A stretch of DNA of 64,000 bases from the human T2T-CHM13v2.0 reference genome, Homo sapiens. Both the position numbers and the translations under genes were made by a program. The stretch's first letter is position 1; each line of letters begins with the position of its first letter. The DNA lies in assembly GCF_009914755.1 (NCBI RefSeq), contig NC_060925.1; one strand, 5' to 3'. The notes beneath the pieces are model-generated. The model had not been told where the DNA came from and searched no databases. It saw only the letters and a program-made list of their open reading frames with translations. This document shows, in pieces, positions 1-16,651 of the stretch.

Positions 1-807
1 TATATATCATGCATACTATTAATAAAAGCAAGAAGAAAACATTTTCCAGATTTAAAAGTAATGTTTCAGTATTTTTTCCTCTTAAATTCAGGTTTTAGGA
101 AGGCAAAATTAAAAACAATATCTCACATATTTGTATGCCAGTGTAACAATCTTAGAGAATGGGGAAAATTGGTGGTATATTCACAGAGAAAGAATTGGTT
201 ATGAACAGAAACCATTAATGAAACTTGATGATATTTGTTCTTATTCTTAAAATTTATTTTTGAATCCTTCTATTATTTATCCTTGCCTGAATATGTTGAT
301 TTACTCTAGAGGCAACTGAATTAATTATCTGGTTGAGCAGAAAGAAAATTGCATTATTCTCTATGTTTCATGGTGGATCCATCATAGTCATTTTTTTTTT
401 TGAACTGCAGGCATTCAAAGTTATTCAAAATGTATTTCCCATCAACTTGACTCCAAGACAATTTTAGTTTTTTTTCTAAAAAGTTAAACACATTTCCTTT
501 CTTTTAGCTTGATTGAAAGATATGAATGTAGAAATGAATATGGGATATAATTATTCGTTTGCCTGGGAATATACAACTCAATATTGAAGAAAAAATACAT
601 TGGAGCACAGATACTACCATACGTCAAAACTTACCACAGAGCTACAGTAATCAAGGTAGTGTGGTATTGGTGAAAGAATAAACAACAACAACAACAAAAA
701 TAAATGGAACAGAATAGATAGCCCAGAAAAAGACCCACATGAATATATTCAACTGACCTAAGAACAAAGATACTCTTTTTACCAAATAGCATGGGAACAA
801 CTGGACA

Positions 808-809
<2 letters not shown>

Positions 810-868
<59 letters not shown>

Positions 869-989
869 GTGTGTGTATATATATATGTATGTGTGTGTAT
901 ATATATGTATATATGTGTATATATGTGTATATATGTGTATATATGTATATATATGTGTATATATGTAAATATATGTGTATATATATGTG

Positions 990-1021
<32 letters not shown>

Positions 1022-1040
1022 TACATATATATATTTACAT
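810..1040. repeat. Compound microsatellite: about (TA)23, then a (TA/TG) mosaic, then about (CA)10
   Basis: Read directly. It explains the YIYIYI/THTH ORFs at 631-1197. Confidence 0.97.
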
Positions 1041-1522
1041 ACATAAAACCACTCACTGGATAAAGTTTTTGAAACACATATGAATGAAGGAGATTTACTA
1101 TCTTAAGTAAGTAAATGTTCTGCAAATCAATAGGTAAATGACAACTCAGAACAAAAATCTGCAAAAAACATGAAGCTGAAAGGCACCTAATATGCAACAG
1201 AAATGGCTAACAAGCTATTCAATTCAAGCTCAACCTCATAGACAATAATGAAAACATAAAATCAAACCACAATGTGACATAGTAGACTACGTCACTCAGA
1301 TTGTCCAAAGTTTAAGTCTAAAATTACCAACCACTGTCAGGTATGAGTTACAATGGCACTTATTTCATTGTTGGTGGATATCTAAATTGGTAGAACTGAT
1401 TCGAAGAATAATTCAATAGTGTCTATTGCAAATGTTCATGTGTCTACCACCATAAACAACAATTACTTTTGTAGCTTATGCACAAAATAAAATATGCCCA
1501 CATCAATAAAAAAGACATTTGT

Positions 1523-1850
<328 letters not shown>

Positions 1851-1969
1851 TTATGATTATAGCAGTATGATTTATAATGATGAAAAAAAGTGGGAAACTG
1901 CCTAAATGTCAACACAAAGAGAATGTATAGATAAATTATATATGTATATGAAATATATGAAATGATTTC

Positions 1970-2930
1970 TCTATACATTCTCTGTATATATACACACATA
2001 TATATACATTCTCTCTATATATACACACATATATACATTCTATGTATGTATACACACACATATACATTCTATGTATGTATACACACATATACATTCTATG
2101 TATGTATACACACACATATACATTCTATGTATGTATACACACACATATACATTCTATGTATACATACACACACACATATACATTCTATGTATACATACAC
2201 ACACACATATACATTCTATGTATACATACACACACACATATACATTCTATGTATACATACACACACACATATACATTCTATGTATACATACACACACATA
2301 TATACATTCTATGTATACATACACACACATATACATTCTATGTATATATACACACACACATACACATTCTATGTATATATACACACACACATACACATTC
2401 TCTCTATATATACACACACACATACACGTTCTATGTCTATACACACACACATGCACGTTCTATGTCTATATACACACACACATGCACGTTCTATGTCTAT
2501 ATACACACACGCATACGCACGTTCTATGTATGCACACACACGCATACGCACGTTCTAGGTATGCACACACACGCATACGCACGTTCTAGGTATGCACACA
2601 CACGCATACGCACGTTCTAGGTATGCACACACACGCATACGCACGTTCTAGGTATGCACACACACGCATACGCACGTTCTAGGTATGCACACACACGCAT
2701 ACGCACGTTCTAGGTATGTACACACACGCATACGCACGTTCTAGGTATGTACACACACGCATACGCACGTTCTAGGTATGTATACACACGCATATGCATT
2801 CTATGTATGTATACACACATATATATTCTCTGTATATATAATCTGTTTATATGTATTCTCTCTATATATTCTCTGTATATACATTCTCTACATATACATT
2901 ATCTCTATATATACACACACATAAATTTTA
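1970..2930. repeat. Minisatellite (VNTR) with 27-31 bp units: 'tacattctatgtatacatacacacacacata' grading to 'cacgttctaggtatgcacacacacgcatacg'
   Basis: About 30 tandem units; a period of 31 is read directly at 2550-2720. Confidence 0.95.
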
Positions 2931-3339
2931 TATATGTATATTTCATAGATGAACTATTAGAAATAAATGAACTAGACTACTTGAATTAATATATTAGAAT
3001 CCTACAAATATTTTGAATGCAAAAGTAAATTGCATACGAAAACTGAATGCAGGGAGCTATTTCTATCAGATGTTGACTAGAATAAACTACGATGAAGGAC
3101 ATTAGTAGGATAATCAGATACATTTAAATATGTGTTGTATATTATATAATTGAATTACATTATGGTTGTATGAGAGAATTCACTTGTTTTGAGAAACAAG
3201 TAGTAAGGTGTGAAGTTGTAAAGTTCATATTGTCTACAACTAAAGAGTCCCAGAAATACAAGTAGAATGTGTTTAAAAAAATGATTGTAATGAGAGTTTA
3301 TAATGCAGTTCTATTAAAAAGAGATTGTGATTAGTCGGA

Positions 3340-3632
3340 GTTCTATATAAACCAGGAACTCTGATTCTAAGGGCAGGAGAACATAGGTGTACCAGCCTTG
3401 AAGAGAAGCAAATCAGCCCTTTCTCTGCCTTTTTGTTGTATTCAATGGATTTGTTCTTAACAGAATGGATGAGGCCCCCTCACATTGGTGGGAACAATTT
3501 TCTTTACTAAGTCTATGGATTCAAATGCTAGCCTCTTCCAGAAACTCTCACAGATACACCCAGAAATAATGTTTTACCACCTATCTGAGCATCCTTCAAC
3601 CAAGTCAAGTTGACACATAAAATAACCATCAC
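3340..3632 (-). mobile_element. MLT2 (ERVL) LTR, partial
   Basis: Ends 'caagtcaagttgacacataaaataaccatcaca', the reverse complement of the MLT2 5' end (TGTGATGGTTA..TGTGTCAACTTGAC). Also 'cagatacacccagaaataatgttt'. Confidence 0.85.
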
Positions 3633-5662
3633 AGCAATAATTACACAATGTGAACAAGTATATTTTGTTTGGTGGCTATGTGTGCCCTAAAAGCAGAGAA
3701 TATAAATGTATAAATCCATTCTTCACTCCCTCATTAAAACTAAGCATGGACTTGGCCCCAAATAAAAGCATAACCTATTCCAAAAATTACATTGTATAAG
3801 TGACATTCTGTCAATATAATCCAATGAAGAATTACATCAGCAACAATAATAAAATTATTTTAAAAATCTATTCACTACCTCATATTTAAGAAAGAGAATT
3901 CTAATATAGCAATGTTCTGAGGGAAAGCACAAATTAGTATAATTATTTTTTTCATAAAGATGTAATATATTCTCATAGTAATACGTACAAACCAAAAGAT
4001 GAAAGAATGGGCATAAACATTTGGGTAACAAAAAGACCTGTGAAACGTATCTAAAAATCTTTAAAAATAAGGAAGACCACCAAATCATACAGAGAATACG
4101 GCTTTATGATTCGAGGTTGGAAATCTGACAAAAAAAAAAACATAAAAATGAAGAACTTCAAATTTTTGTTTTACTTTCTTTATGCAAGTCACATCCTGCA
4201 AAAAGAAAATGCAGGGATTTGCATTTTAACTTGTATTAAAGAACTTAGTGAAGGGAAATTGACTAAAAATTTGGAAGAGATTTACTCAATTATATTAATT
4301 TGTAAATATAAAATAAAAAGGATCTCTAGGTATTGACTACATTCTATAGTTTAGTAAAACTTGTTATGAAAAAACTTAAATAATAGCTGAATTATGTAAC
4401 AACATATTGCCAAAGAGGAAATTGCATCAAAACAACTATTAAACTGATATGTTGAAATTATTATTCATGATTACAAGGAACTGAAAAATAGGTGTAGAAG
4501 TTTAGAAACATTCAGGTACATACACATTTTTTATAAGCTTAGATTTTAGATCATGTACAAATTACAGAAGAAAAGGTTTATACTGAAGGGCAAGCCAAAA
4601 AGTAACAAAATTTGTAAGACAAAGTGAAAGGAAAATATATCCTACAATAAGCTAACATCTGAGGGAAAAAAATACTTAAGGAAACAAATAAGAAAGAAAC
4701 TTTAACTTATGTTGGCAGTAAAGACAAAACCAAAAACAAACAAGGGGAAAGAGTCTATTTCTAAGTGAAATGGTGTAATATTAGTATATACAGAAAACTG
4801 TGAGAAAATATAACTCTTCGACTTCAACTTCTTTCTTTTCTATCAAAGAAAAATTGGAAAGGTTGAACAAAAATTGTTCGAGTGTACTTGAAAAACCTGA
4901 GATAACTACTCATGCTTTTATCCTATAGGTTTTCAGTGTATCTTCCTTTTTTGTATCAGTGATCAATTACCAGTAGCATACATCTTCTCTCATTCACTCA
5001 CCATTTTAACCAATGACACTCATTTTTGAGATGACCATCTAGAAAAGAATTTGACTTATATATATGTAACAATGTATTGAAAGGCCTAAATTTGTTGGGA
5101 GCTCAAGTAGCAAACATCTTTATTCTAATGCAACTCCTGCTTTCCAACGTGCTTGATTTGCACTCTTCTCTGACCTATGACATCTCAGAAAAATCCCACA
5201 GCTTTCTAGTAACCTTCAGGAATTAATACAGCTTGCCATGTTCATATTAAAATTTTCCTATCGCATAATTGAAAATTCCCAGCCCACCTCCTCCCCCTAA
5301 CTAGTGTGTGATTCACGGCTTGGGAATCTTTTGTAAATAAGAAGCCATGGTCCATTTTCTGTTATTTCTAATTCTTTTTGGATAGAATCAATACAAAATT
5401 CTTAAATTTTCAACCCAGAATTTGATATCCAGTCAAACTAAGCTTTGTAAGCGAAGGAGAAACAAAATCCTTTACAGACAAGTAAATGCTGACAGATTTT
5501 GTCACCACCAGGCCTGCCCTACAAGAGCTCCTGAAGGCAGCAGTAAATATGGAAAGGAAAAACCGGTACCAGCCACTGCAAAAACATACCAAATTGTAAA
5601 GACCATCAATGCTATAAATAAACTGCATCAATTAACGGGAAAAATAACCAGCTAACATCATA

Positions 5663-9581
<3,919 letters not shown>

Positions 9582-9994
9582 ACAATGAGAACACATGAAC
9601 ACAGGGAGGGGAACATCACACACCAGGGCATGTCAACGGGTGGCGGACTAGAGGAAGGATAGCATTAGGAGAAATACCTAATGTAGATGATGGGTCGATG
9701 GGTGCAGCCAACCACTATGGCATGTGTATACCTATGTGAACAAACCTGCATGTTCTGCACATGTATCTCAGAACTTAAAGTATAAAAAGAAAACGGGGGG
9801 GCAGGGGAGGCAAAAGATGTTTATGATTGGTGCTCTGTGGAAAAGTTTTCACATTTTATATCTTTCACAGGGTACAGTTGTGGAACTCTTTTAGAAACTC
9901 CAAGAAATTTTGTAGTTCATGCTTTCCTGATTAAGCCATGAACTTTTACAATCCAGTCCCATCAGCTCCTGCTTTTTCCTTGAGTACCTACTCA

Positions 9995-10346
<352 letters not shown>

Positions 10347-11105
10347 TCATCCCAATAGTCCACCTTCTTTGGCACAATACCATTCAAGATGGCTTAGAAC
10401 CAGCTGTCTTCTTCTACCCAGTTGATACAAGGGAAACCAACACATCCTTGTCCTGAGAAACAATGAAAGTTTAGCTAGCTCTTCTTCTGCCCTCATTCCT
10501 CATAACCTAATATCGTGAGCTGTAGCTGCCAGCCTCGCACCTATTCAGAATTATACAGTTGACAGGCAAGCAACAGCCTATTCATATGCTCTCCAAATTT
10601 CAGGTAGCACATGACAATTTCTTCCAAGAAATCTCACAGAGCTCCATTTGGGTGCACTGCCATAAGCTCACCAGTCCCTATAGCTCAGCAAACTTCTATT
10701 GTGAAGCAGGTAAGATACAAATTCCTTCCTTTAGAAAACACCATCAGTGTTTACAAACGATTTTCTCAATACCCATTCATTTAGCTTGAGGGGTCAGGCA
10801 TGCCAGCTCACTCCACTGAGTGAGGAGGAGAAATCTCAAAGCTTTCTCTCATAGGCCTATCCAACTCCACTATCTTAATTATTCCTCTCTATTTTCCAGT
10901 ATTATCCTATATGGGCGTGTAGGGAGCACTAAGGTTGAGAGACACAGGATTGTTCTCTGGTGTCTTTTGGGGCATTCTGGAGGAAAATGGAAGTCTGATA
11001 TTTAGGTGCTATCTTCTTCAACACGTGAAGGCATTTATTATCTACTATCTTTTAAAACGGGACTAATTCCATTCAGTATTTTAATACTATCTATACATGT
11101 ACCTC

Positions 11106-11111
<6 letters not shown>

Positions 11112-11136
<25 letters not shown>
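11112..11136. repeat. About (TA)12 microsatellite
   Basis: Read directly. Confidence 0.9.
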
Positions 11137-11985
11137 TTCAATAACGAGATGGAGATTGATTTGTGGCAGTGCTTGGATTAATACAGAATTCAGCCCACTT
11201 GAACTGTTCAACTATGGATTAAAATGTGGAGGACTATAGAGCGACTAATTTCTTGTTCATTAGAGTGACTACGCCTATCTCTAAAAATTGTTTCATTTTA
11301 GGGTTAGCTCTAATTTACATGAATTCATTCAAGGTTGTTAATATTAGAGTTAAGCTAATCTTCAACATTTGTAAAAATTCCTGGATTTCAGTGACTCATA
11401 AGTTTGAGCAAAATCCCTTTGGTTATTTTTAAGCCAGAAGCGGGGGATAAGTGCACTTTTTCAATTTTAAGTTCAATTTAAACTTAGTGTGCTTCAATAA
11501 TTCAGAAACCAATGAACTTTAAAAACTGAAGATTTTGGAAATCCAATTCTTGACTACCTAAGATTAGTTCAGAAGTTTAGGCAAGATACTTTCAATTACT
11601 TGAAAGCAATATGTTACAAAAATATTTCTTCTGGGTCTGTAGTATAAAACTGAGTAATTATATTTTAAATGCAGAATATAATATTAAATAATGCTTATGT
11701 GTTTTGTGGTACTGAATGAACAGAAGGAATTAGATGTATAAATTTAAGATATCAAGATACAGAAAAGTAAGACTTTGTATTGATGTGAACAATATCTTTT
11801 AAAATTAAGATTAAATAATTAGCTTATATTGAATGTTCTGATAAATTGATTTATTGTATTTTAAACAAATATTTACACTGATTTTATTTACATATGATAA
11901 GTAAATATTGAGTATTCACTAATGTAAATGGCTTTGCATTACAATAAACTGTAAGTTTTACAATTGTAAGAACATAATTCTGGAA

Positions 11986-12190
11986 TATCACTGTCTAATA
12001 GAACTTTCTGTGATGATGAAAATGTCAAATATCTGTGCTATCCAATGCAGTAGCCATTAGCCACATATGACTATTGAGCACTTAAATGTGGGTAGTACAA
12101 TTAAGTAACAGAATGTTTATTTTTAATTTTATTAAAATATTAATCTATATAGCCACATGTAGTTAGTGGCTAACATATTTGATGGTTCAG
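11986..12190 (+). mobile_element. MER3 (hAT-Charlie MITE)
   Basis: 'ctgtctaatagaactttctgtgatgatgaaaatg...tagccattagccacat...gagcacttaaatgtgg...agccacatgtagttagtggct'. 8-bp TSD-like pair ttctggaa / ccctggaa. Confidence 0.88.
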
Positions 12191-13079
12191 CCCTGGAATA
12201 TAAGTATACTTGATATTCTTCTAGTATGCGCTTTTGTAAACTCAAAAATTATATTTATTACAATACTTTGCAATCTTAGGGTACACAGATTATTAGGAAA
12301 CTCAAAGGCTATTATTTCATTATTTTCAAACTAAAATTTTATGAAAACAAACTAATCATATATATGAAATGGCAGCATATGTCCTTTATATGTCTAAAAA
12401 TTTGCCAGTACATATAATGTGTTGATATCAATAATCACTATGAAATAAGAATCGATCATCCCATGCAATACAGTTTTTTTCAGATTTGTATAATTTTAAA
12501 TAAAAATGTACAAGCCAGAAGATTATTGTAAGTATCTATTATTTCAAATTTTAAAAATGCAATCCTTTCTAGACATTTTAATTTCCCCACTTCCACCTTT
12601 TCACCTCTACGTACATTTTTTTGTATGTTTTTATACATCTATAGCTTTTTAAATTGGGAAAATAGGAAAGTAGAAAACTTCTAAAATGTGAAAAATGTAA
12701 ACAGCTTGTTTCTTCCATGGCACATATGTTCTCTACAGGGGAACTTTGTAGTGCTGAGTTGCAAAAGATTCCATATTCAATCTGCCCTTGAGACTGTCTG
12801 CCGTCTTCTTATTTCCAAAGATGAATGTTTTCTATACCCTGCCAAATACCGGAAAGACTTGATTCATTCAAGGCTGAATTATTTACAAGAATCTTTTGCA
12901 TTCCTCCTTTCAGGGACAAGGTTTTGTTTTGTTTTGGTTCTGTTTGGTTGTGTTCTCTTCTGCAGTGATTTTTCAGGATACAAATTATAAAAACAAATAT
13001 GAAGAGCATCTGAAATATTTTATTTAAAGGTGCTATCAGTTAGGAAAATGATACAAAATTCCATCCATTAATTTTTATT

Positions 13080-13175
13080 AGAGTTAATAATAATTCTACT
13101 TTATAGGATTATTGCGGGGACTTAAAAAGTTAATATAAATTGAGCATTGGTAATAGTACAGCACACATATGATTA
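13080..13175 (+). mobile_element. MIR fragment
   Basis: 'ataataattctactttataggattattg...aaagttaatataaa...agcacacata' resembles the MIR 3' half. Confidence 0.55.
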
Positions 13176-14099
13176 ATTAGCATTAACTTCTCATTTAAGG
13201 CAAAAATGTAGCCACTGTTAAATTTTATTTTGAGGAAAGTACTAGAAATGAATTAGGATCTTTCCCACAATGTGTTACAGATTGTGTTTCTGAAGAAAGG
13301 TAGTGCTTTCAAGAATTGCATGATTTTGTTATAAATAATCTCAATAACAAAAATTATTATTTTGTCCCTCATATCCTCAAATGATATTAGTGAGCCTCCC
13401 TCATTGGAGTCAGTGTTTTAGGCTATTTCTCTAATAATGGAAATGGATTTGCCCTCTTCTACCCACTTCCCCCTGCCTAGTCAATGTCATGCCTTTGCAA
13501 GAGTGCTGACTAGTATTACGAGATTATACAAATCCCCAATAGTAATTAACTCAGGTGTCATGGTCAGTTGGCTCAAATTATTTTAGTCCCTTTCTATCTT
13601 TCAGTCCAGGTAAGTAAAAAAATCATGACAAGTTTCAAAAATTCTGATTATTTCATTCTTTTGGCAAGCCATGGATTGCATTTCACCTCCTTCTCATGAA
13701 ACTTTTCTAATTATAGAAAGGAAATTCATTTGCAGAATAATATTTCTACCATATAAACTAAAATAATTTTGGTGGTAACATTCTTGCACTATTTGTTAAT
13801 AGAATAAATTTCACAAGAATAAGTGCTTTACAGTTTTTAAATGAATGTGTACAAGCCATGACAGTTTTTTTTCTATTATACCCCAAAGTAGAGAACTTGT
13901 ACTTAAAAATAATTCATTAATTAAATGTGAAAGTATATGTTTAGAAAGCCAACTGTCCAAGGAAATAAAATAATTTTTAAAATCTTTATTTGCTTCAAGG
14001 GGCTTCAAATCAAGGTGGTATTTTAAACATACTCATGGGAAACAATAATACAATGTTGTATGCAGTAAGTATCAACTGCTTGCTTTAGATAGTAAGTAC

Positions 14100-15290
14100 C
14101 AAAGAGAAGGGACTTTATGTGGGTAGTAAGAGATTTTGGAAACATGCGTGGAACAGTGAAGTCACAGAGAATGGCATAAACAGAATTGTATAACAAATTT
14201 TAACATGGATGGTATATTTGAGGTAAGATGCATAGACAGGAATCTTTTCAGGAAGAGCATGTGTAAGGAAAGCAGATTGGTGTCTTACTATGGGGTCTTA
14301 AATATAAATTTTTGAAATTTTAATCTACTAAAACTGGAGAGACATTAAAATTTAAAATTGGGATTTGTCTGTATTCTGAAAATCTTTAAGAAATTAATAG
14401 GTGGTTAAATGTAGGATGTATCTGAACAGAAAGACTTAAAGCAAGGAAACAAGTTAGAAATTTATGGTGGTGATAGTAGTAGTAAAATAGTAGTGACAGT
14501 AAGAGTAGCAAGAGTAATTTGTATTTCACTTTAAAGTTGTTATTTGACAGAGTTTCTTTACATACCTTATCTTATGTGGTTGAAGCAGGACTTATAAATG
14601 TCTGAATTAGAATTGAGGTAATGGGAACATTGAGAAGAGAGAAATGGAAGTTTAAAAAAATAGCATAGACAAGACATGGCAGTATTGGTATGTGGGCATA
14701 AGCAAGACATCAGAGATAATGCTGAGATGAAAAGAGAAATAGCAAAATAAGAAACAGGAACTAGGTTGACAAGAAATCCTGTTCGTTTTTCTCTAAAGCT
14801 TTCAGTTTGAAGTGACAGAAAAACATTAAAGCATAAATGCCCAGTGAGTAACTAAAACCTGGCAAATAATTACATAGAAGAAAGGCCAAGTCTAGAGATA
14901 ACAGTGAATACTTCTCAAGAATACATTGTGAAAAAAATACAGAGAATTATTTGCTTTGAACAGAGATAGAATGAGGAAATTTGGAAAACCTGATAAATTT
15001 AATGTGATAGATACAATTAAATAAAAAAACTTTTAAGGAAAGAGAGCATAACCAACAGTTTGGTCAAAATTTCAATATTCCAAATTTCAGTGATTGAGAG
15101 AGGGCTTTTGGATGGGGAAAAGCAATACTAATGAGCTTCATGTATGGACTTTCAAATTGCAGACTACAAGAGAGATTAAGTGATGGATGGCAAAAATATT
15201 GTGTCAGGTGGCATCAGAAAAAAAGGCAAGAAATAAGAAGGGAACAACAGAAGAGCTTTATGGAGGTGAGAAGGTTTAAAGGCAGAGAAA
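14100..15290 (-). mobile_element. L2 relic
   Basis: Purine-rich degenerate L2-like phrases ('ggaaacaagttagaa', 'ttcagtttgaagtgacagaaaaacatt', 'aatgcccagtgag'). Confidence 0.5.
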
Positions 15291-15302
15291 AGAGAAAAAT
15301 AG

Positions 15303-15995
15303 ATAATCGCCATTCTGACTGTCATGAGATGGTATCTCATTGTGGTTTTCATTTACATTTCTCTAATGATCAGTGATGGTGAGCTTTTTTCGTATGTTGG
15401 TTGGCTGCGTAAATGTTTTCTTTTGAGAAGTGTCAGCTCATATCCTTTGCCCACTTTTGGATGGGGTCATTTTTTTTTCTTGTAAATTTGTTTACGTTCT
15501 TTGTAGATTCTGGATATTAGGCCTTTATCAGATGGGTAGATTGCGAAAATTTTCTTCCATTCTGTAGCTTATCTGTTTACTCTGATGATAGTTTATTTTA
15601 CTGTGTAGAAGCTCTTTAGTTTAATTAGATTCCATTTGTCAATTTTGGCTTTTCTTGCAATTGCTTTTGGCGTTTTCATCATGAAGACTTTGCCTATGCT
15701 TGTATCTTGAATAGTATTGCCTAGGTTTTCTTCTAAGGTTTTTATGGTTTTGGGTTTTACATTTAAGTCTTTAATCCATCTTGAGTTAATTTTTGTCTGT
15801 GGTATAAGGAAGGGGTCCAGTTTCTGTTTTCTGCATATGGCTAGCCAGTTTTCCCAGCACCATTGATTGAATAGGAGATCCTTTCCCCATTGCTTGTTTT
15901 TGTCAGATTTGTTGAAGATCAGATGTAGATGTGTGGTGTTATTTTTAAGGTCTCTTTTCTGTTCCATTGGTCTATATGTCTGTTTTGGTACCAGT
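15303..15995 (-). mobile_element. L1PA (about PA7/8) inverted 5' segment (ORF2 C-terminal region)
   Basis: The minus-strand ORF 15593-15967 encodes L1 ORF2p peptide '[29 protein letters not shown]'. Confidence 0.93.
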
Positions 15996-15997
15996 TC

Positions 15998-16651
15998 AAG
16001 TCAGGAAAAAACAGATGCTGATGAGGCTGTGGAGAAATAGGAACGCTTTTACACTGTTGGTGGGAGTGTAAATTAGTTCAACCATTGTGGAAGACAGTGT
16101 GGTGATTCCCCAAGGATCTAGAACCAGAAATACCATTTGATCCAGCAATCCCATTACTGGTTATATACCCAAAGGGATGTAAATCATTCTACTATAAAGA
16201 CACATGCACACGTGTGTTTATTACAGCACTATTTACAATAGCAAAGTCATGGAACCAACCCAAATGCCCATCAGTGACAGTCTGGATAAAGAAAATATGG
16301 TACATATACACTATGGAATACCATGCAGCCATAAAAAGGAATGAGATCATGTCCTTTGCAGGGACATGGATGAAGCTGGAAACCATCATTCTCAGCAAAT
16401 TAACACAGGACTAGTAAACCAAACACCATATGCTTTCACTCATAAGTGGGAGTTGAACAATAAGAATACATGGACACAGACAGGGGAACAGCATATATCA
16501 GGGCCTGTTACGAGGTTGGGGGTTGAGGGGAGGAAACTTAGAGGATGGGTCAATAGCTGCAGCAAACCACCATGGTACACGTATACCTATGTAACAAACC
16601 TGCGTGTTCTGCACATGTATCCCAGAACTTAAAGTAAAATAAATAAATAAA
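15998..16651 (+). mobile_element. L1PA (about PA7/8) 3' segment with 3'UTR and A-rich tail
   Basis: 'aagtcaggaaaaaacagatgctg' through 'cccagaacttaaagtaaaataaataaataaa'. ORF 16214-16414 is the ORF2p C-terminus. Confidence 0.93.

Noticed and set aside
631-1197. 188-aa and overlapping ORFs rich in Y/I/H/T/C/V
   Set aside because: Translation artefacts of the (TA/TG/CA) microsatellite, which lacks stop codons.
1962-2620. ORFs of 170-200 aa open in all three plus-strand frames, and a superficially CRISPR-like periodicity of about 30 bp
   Set aside because: This is a head-to-tail minisatellite with no unique spacers and no cas genes, in primate DNA. The ORFs reflect low complexity.
10604-10709. 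Possible plus-strand exon ending at CAG|gtaaga
   Set aside because: Weak acceptor context, possibly within a degenerate LTR, and no recognisable peptide.
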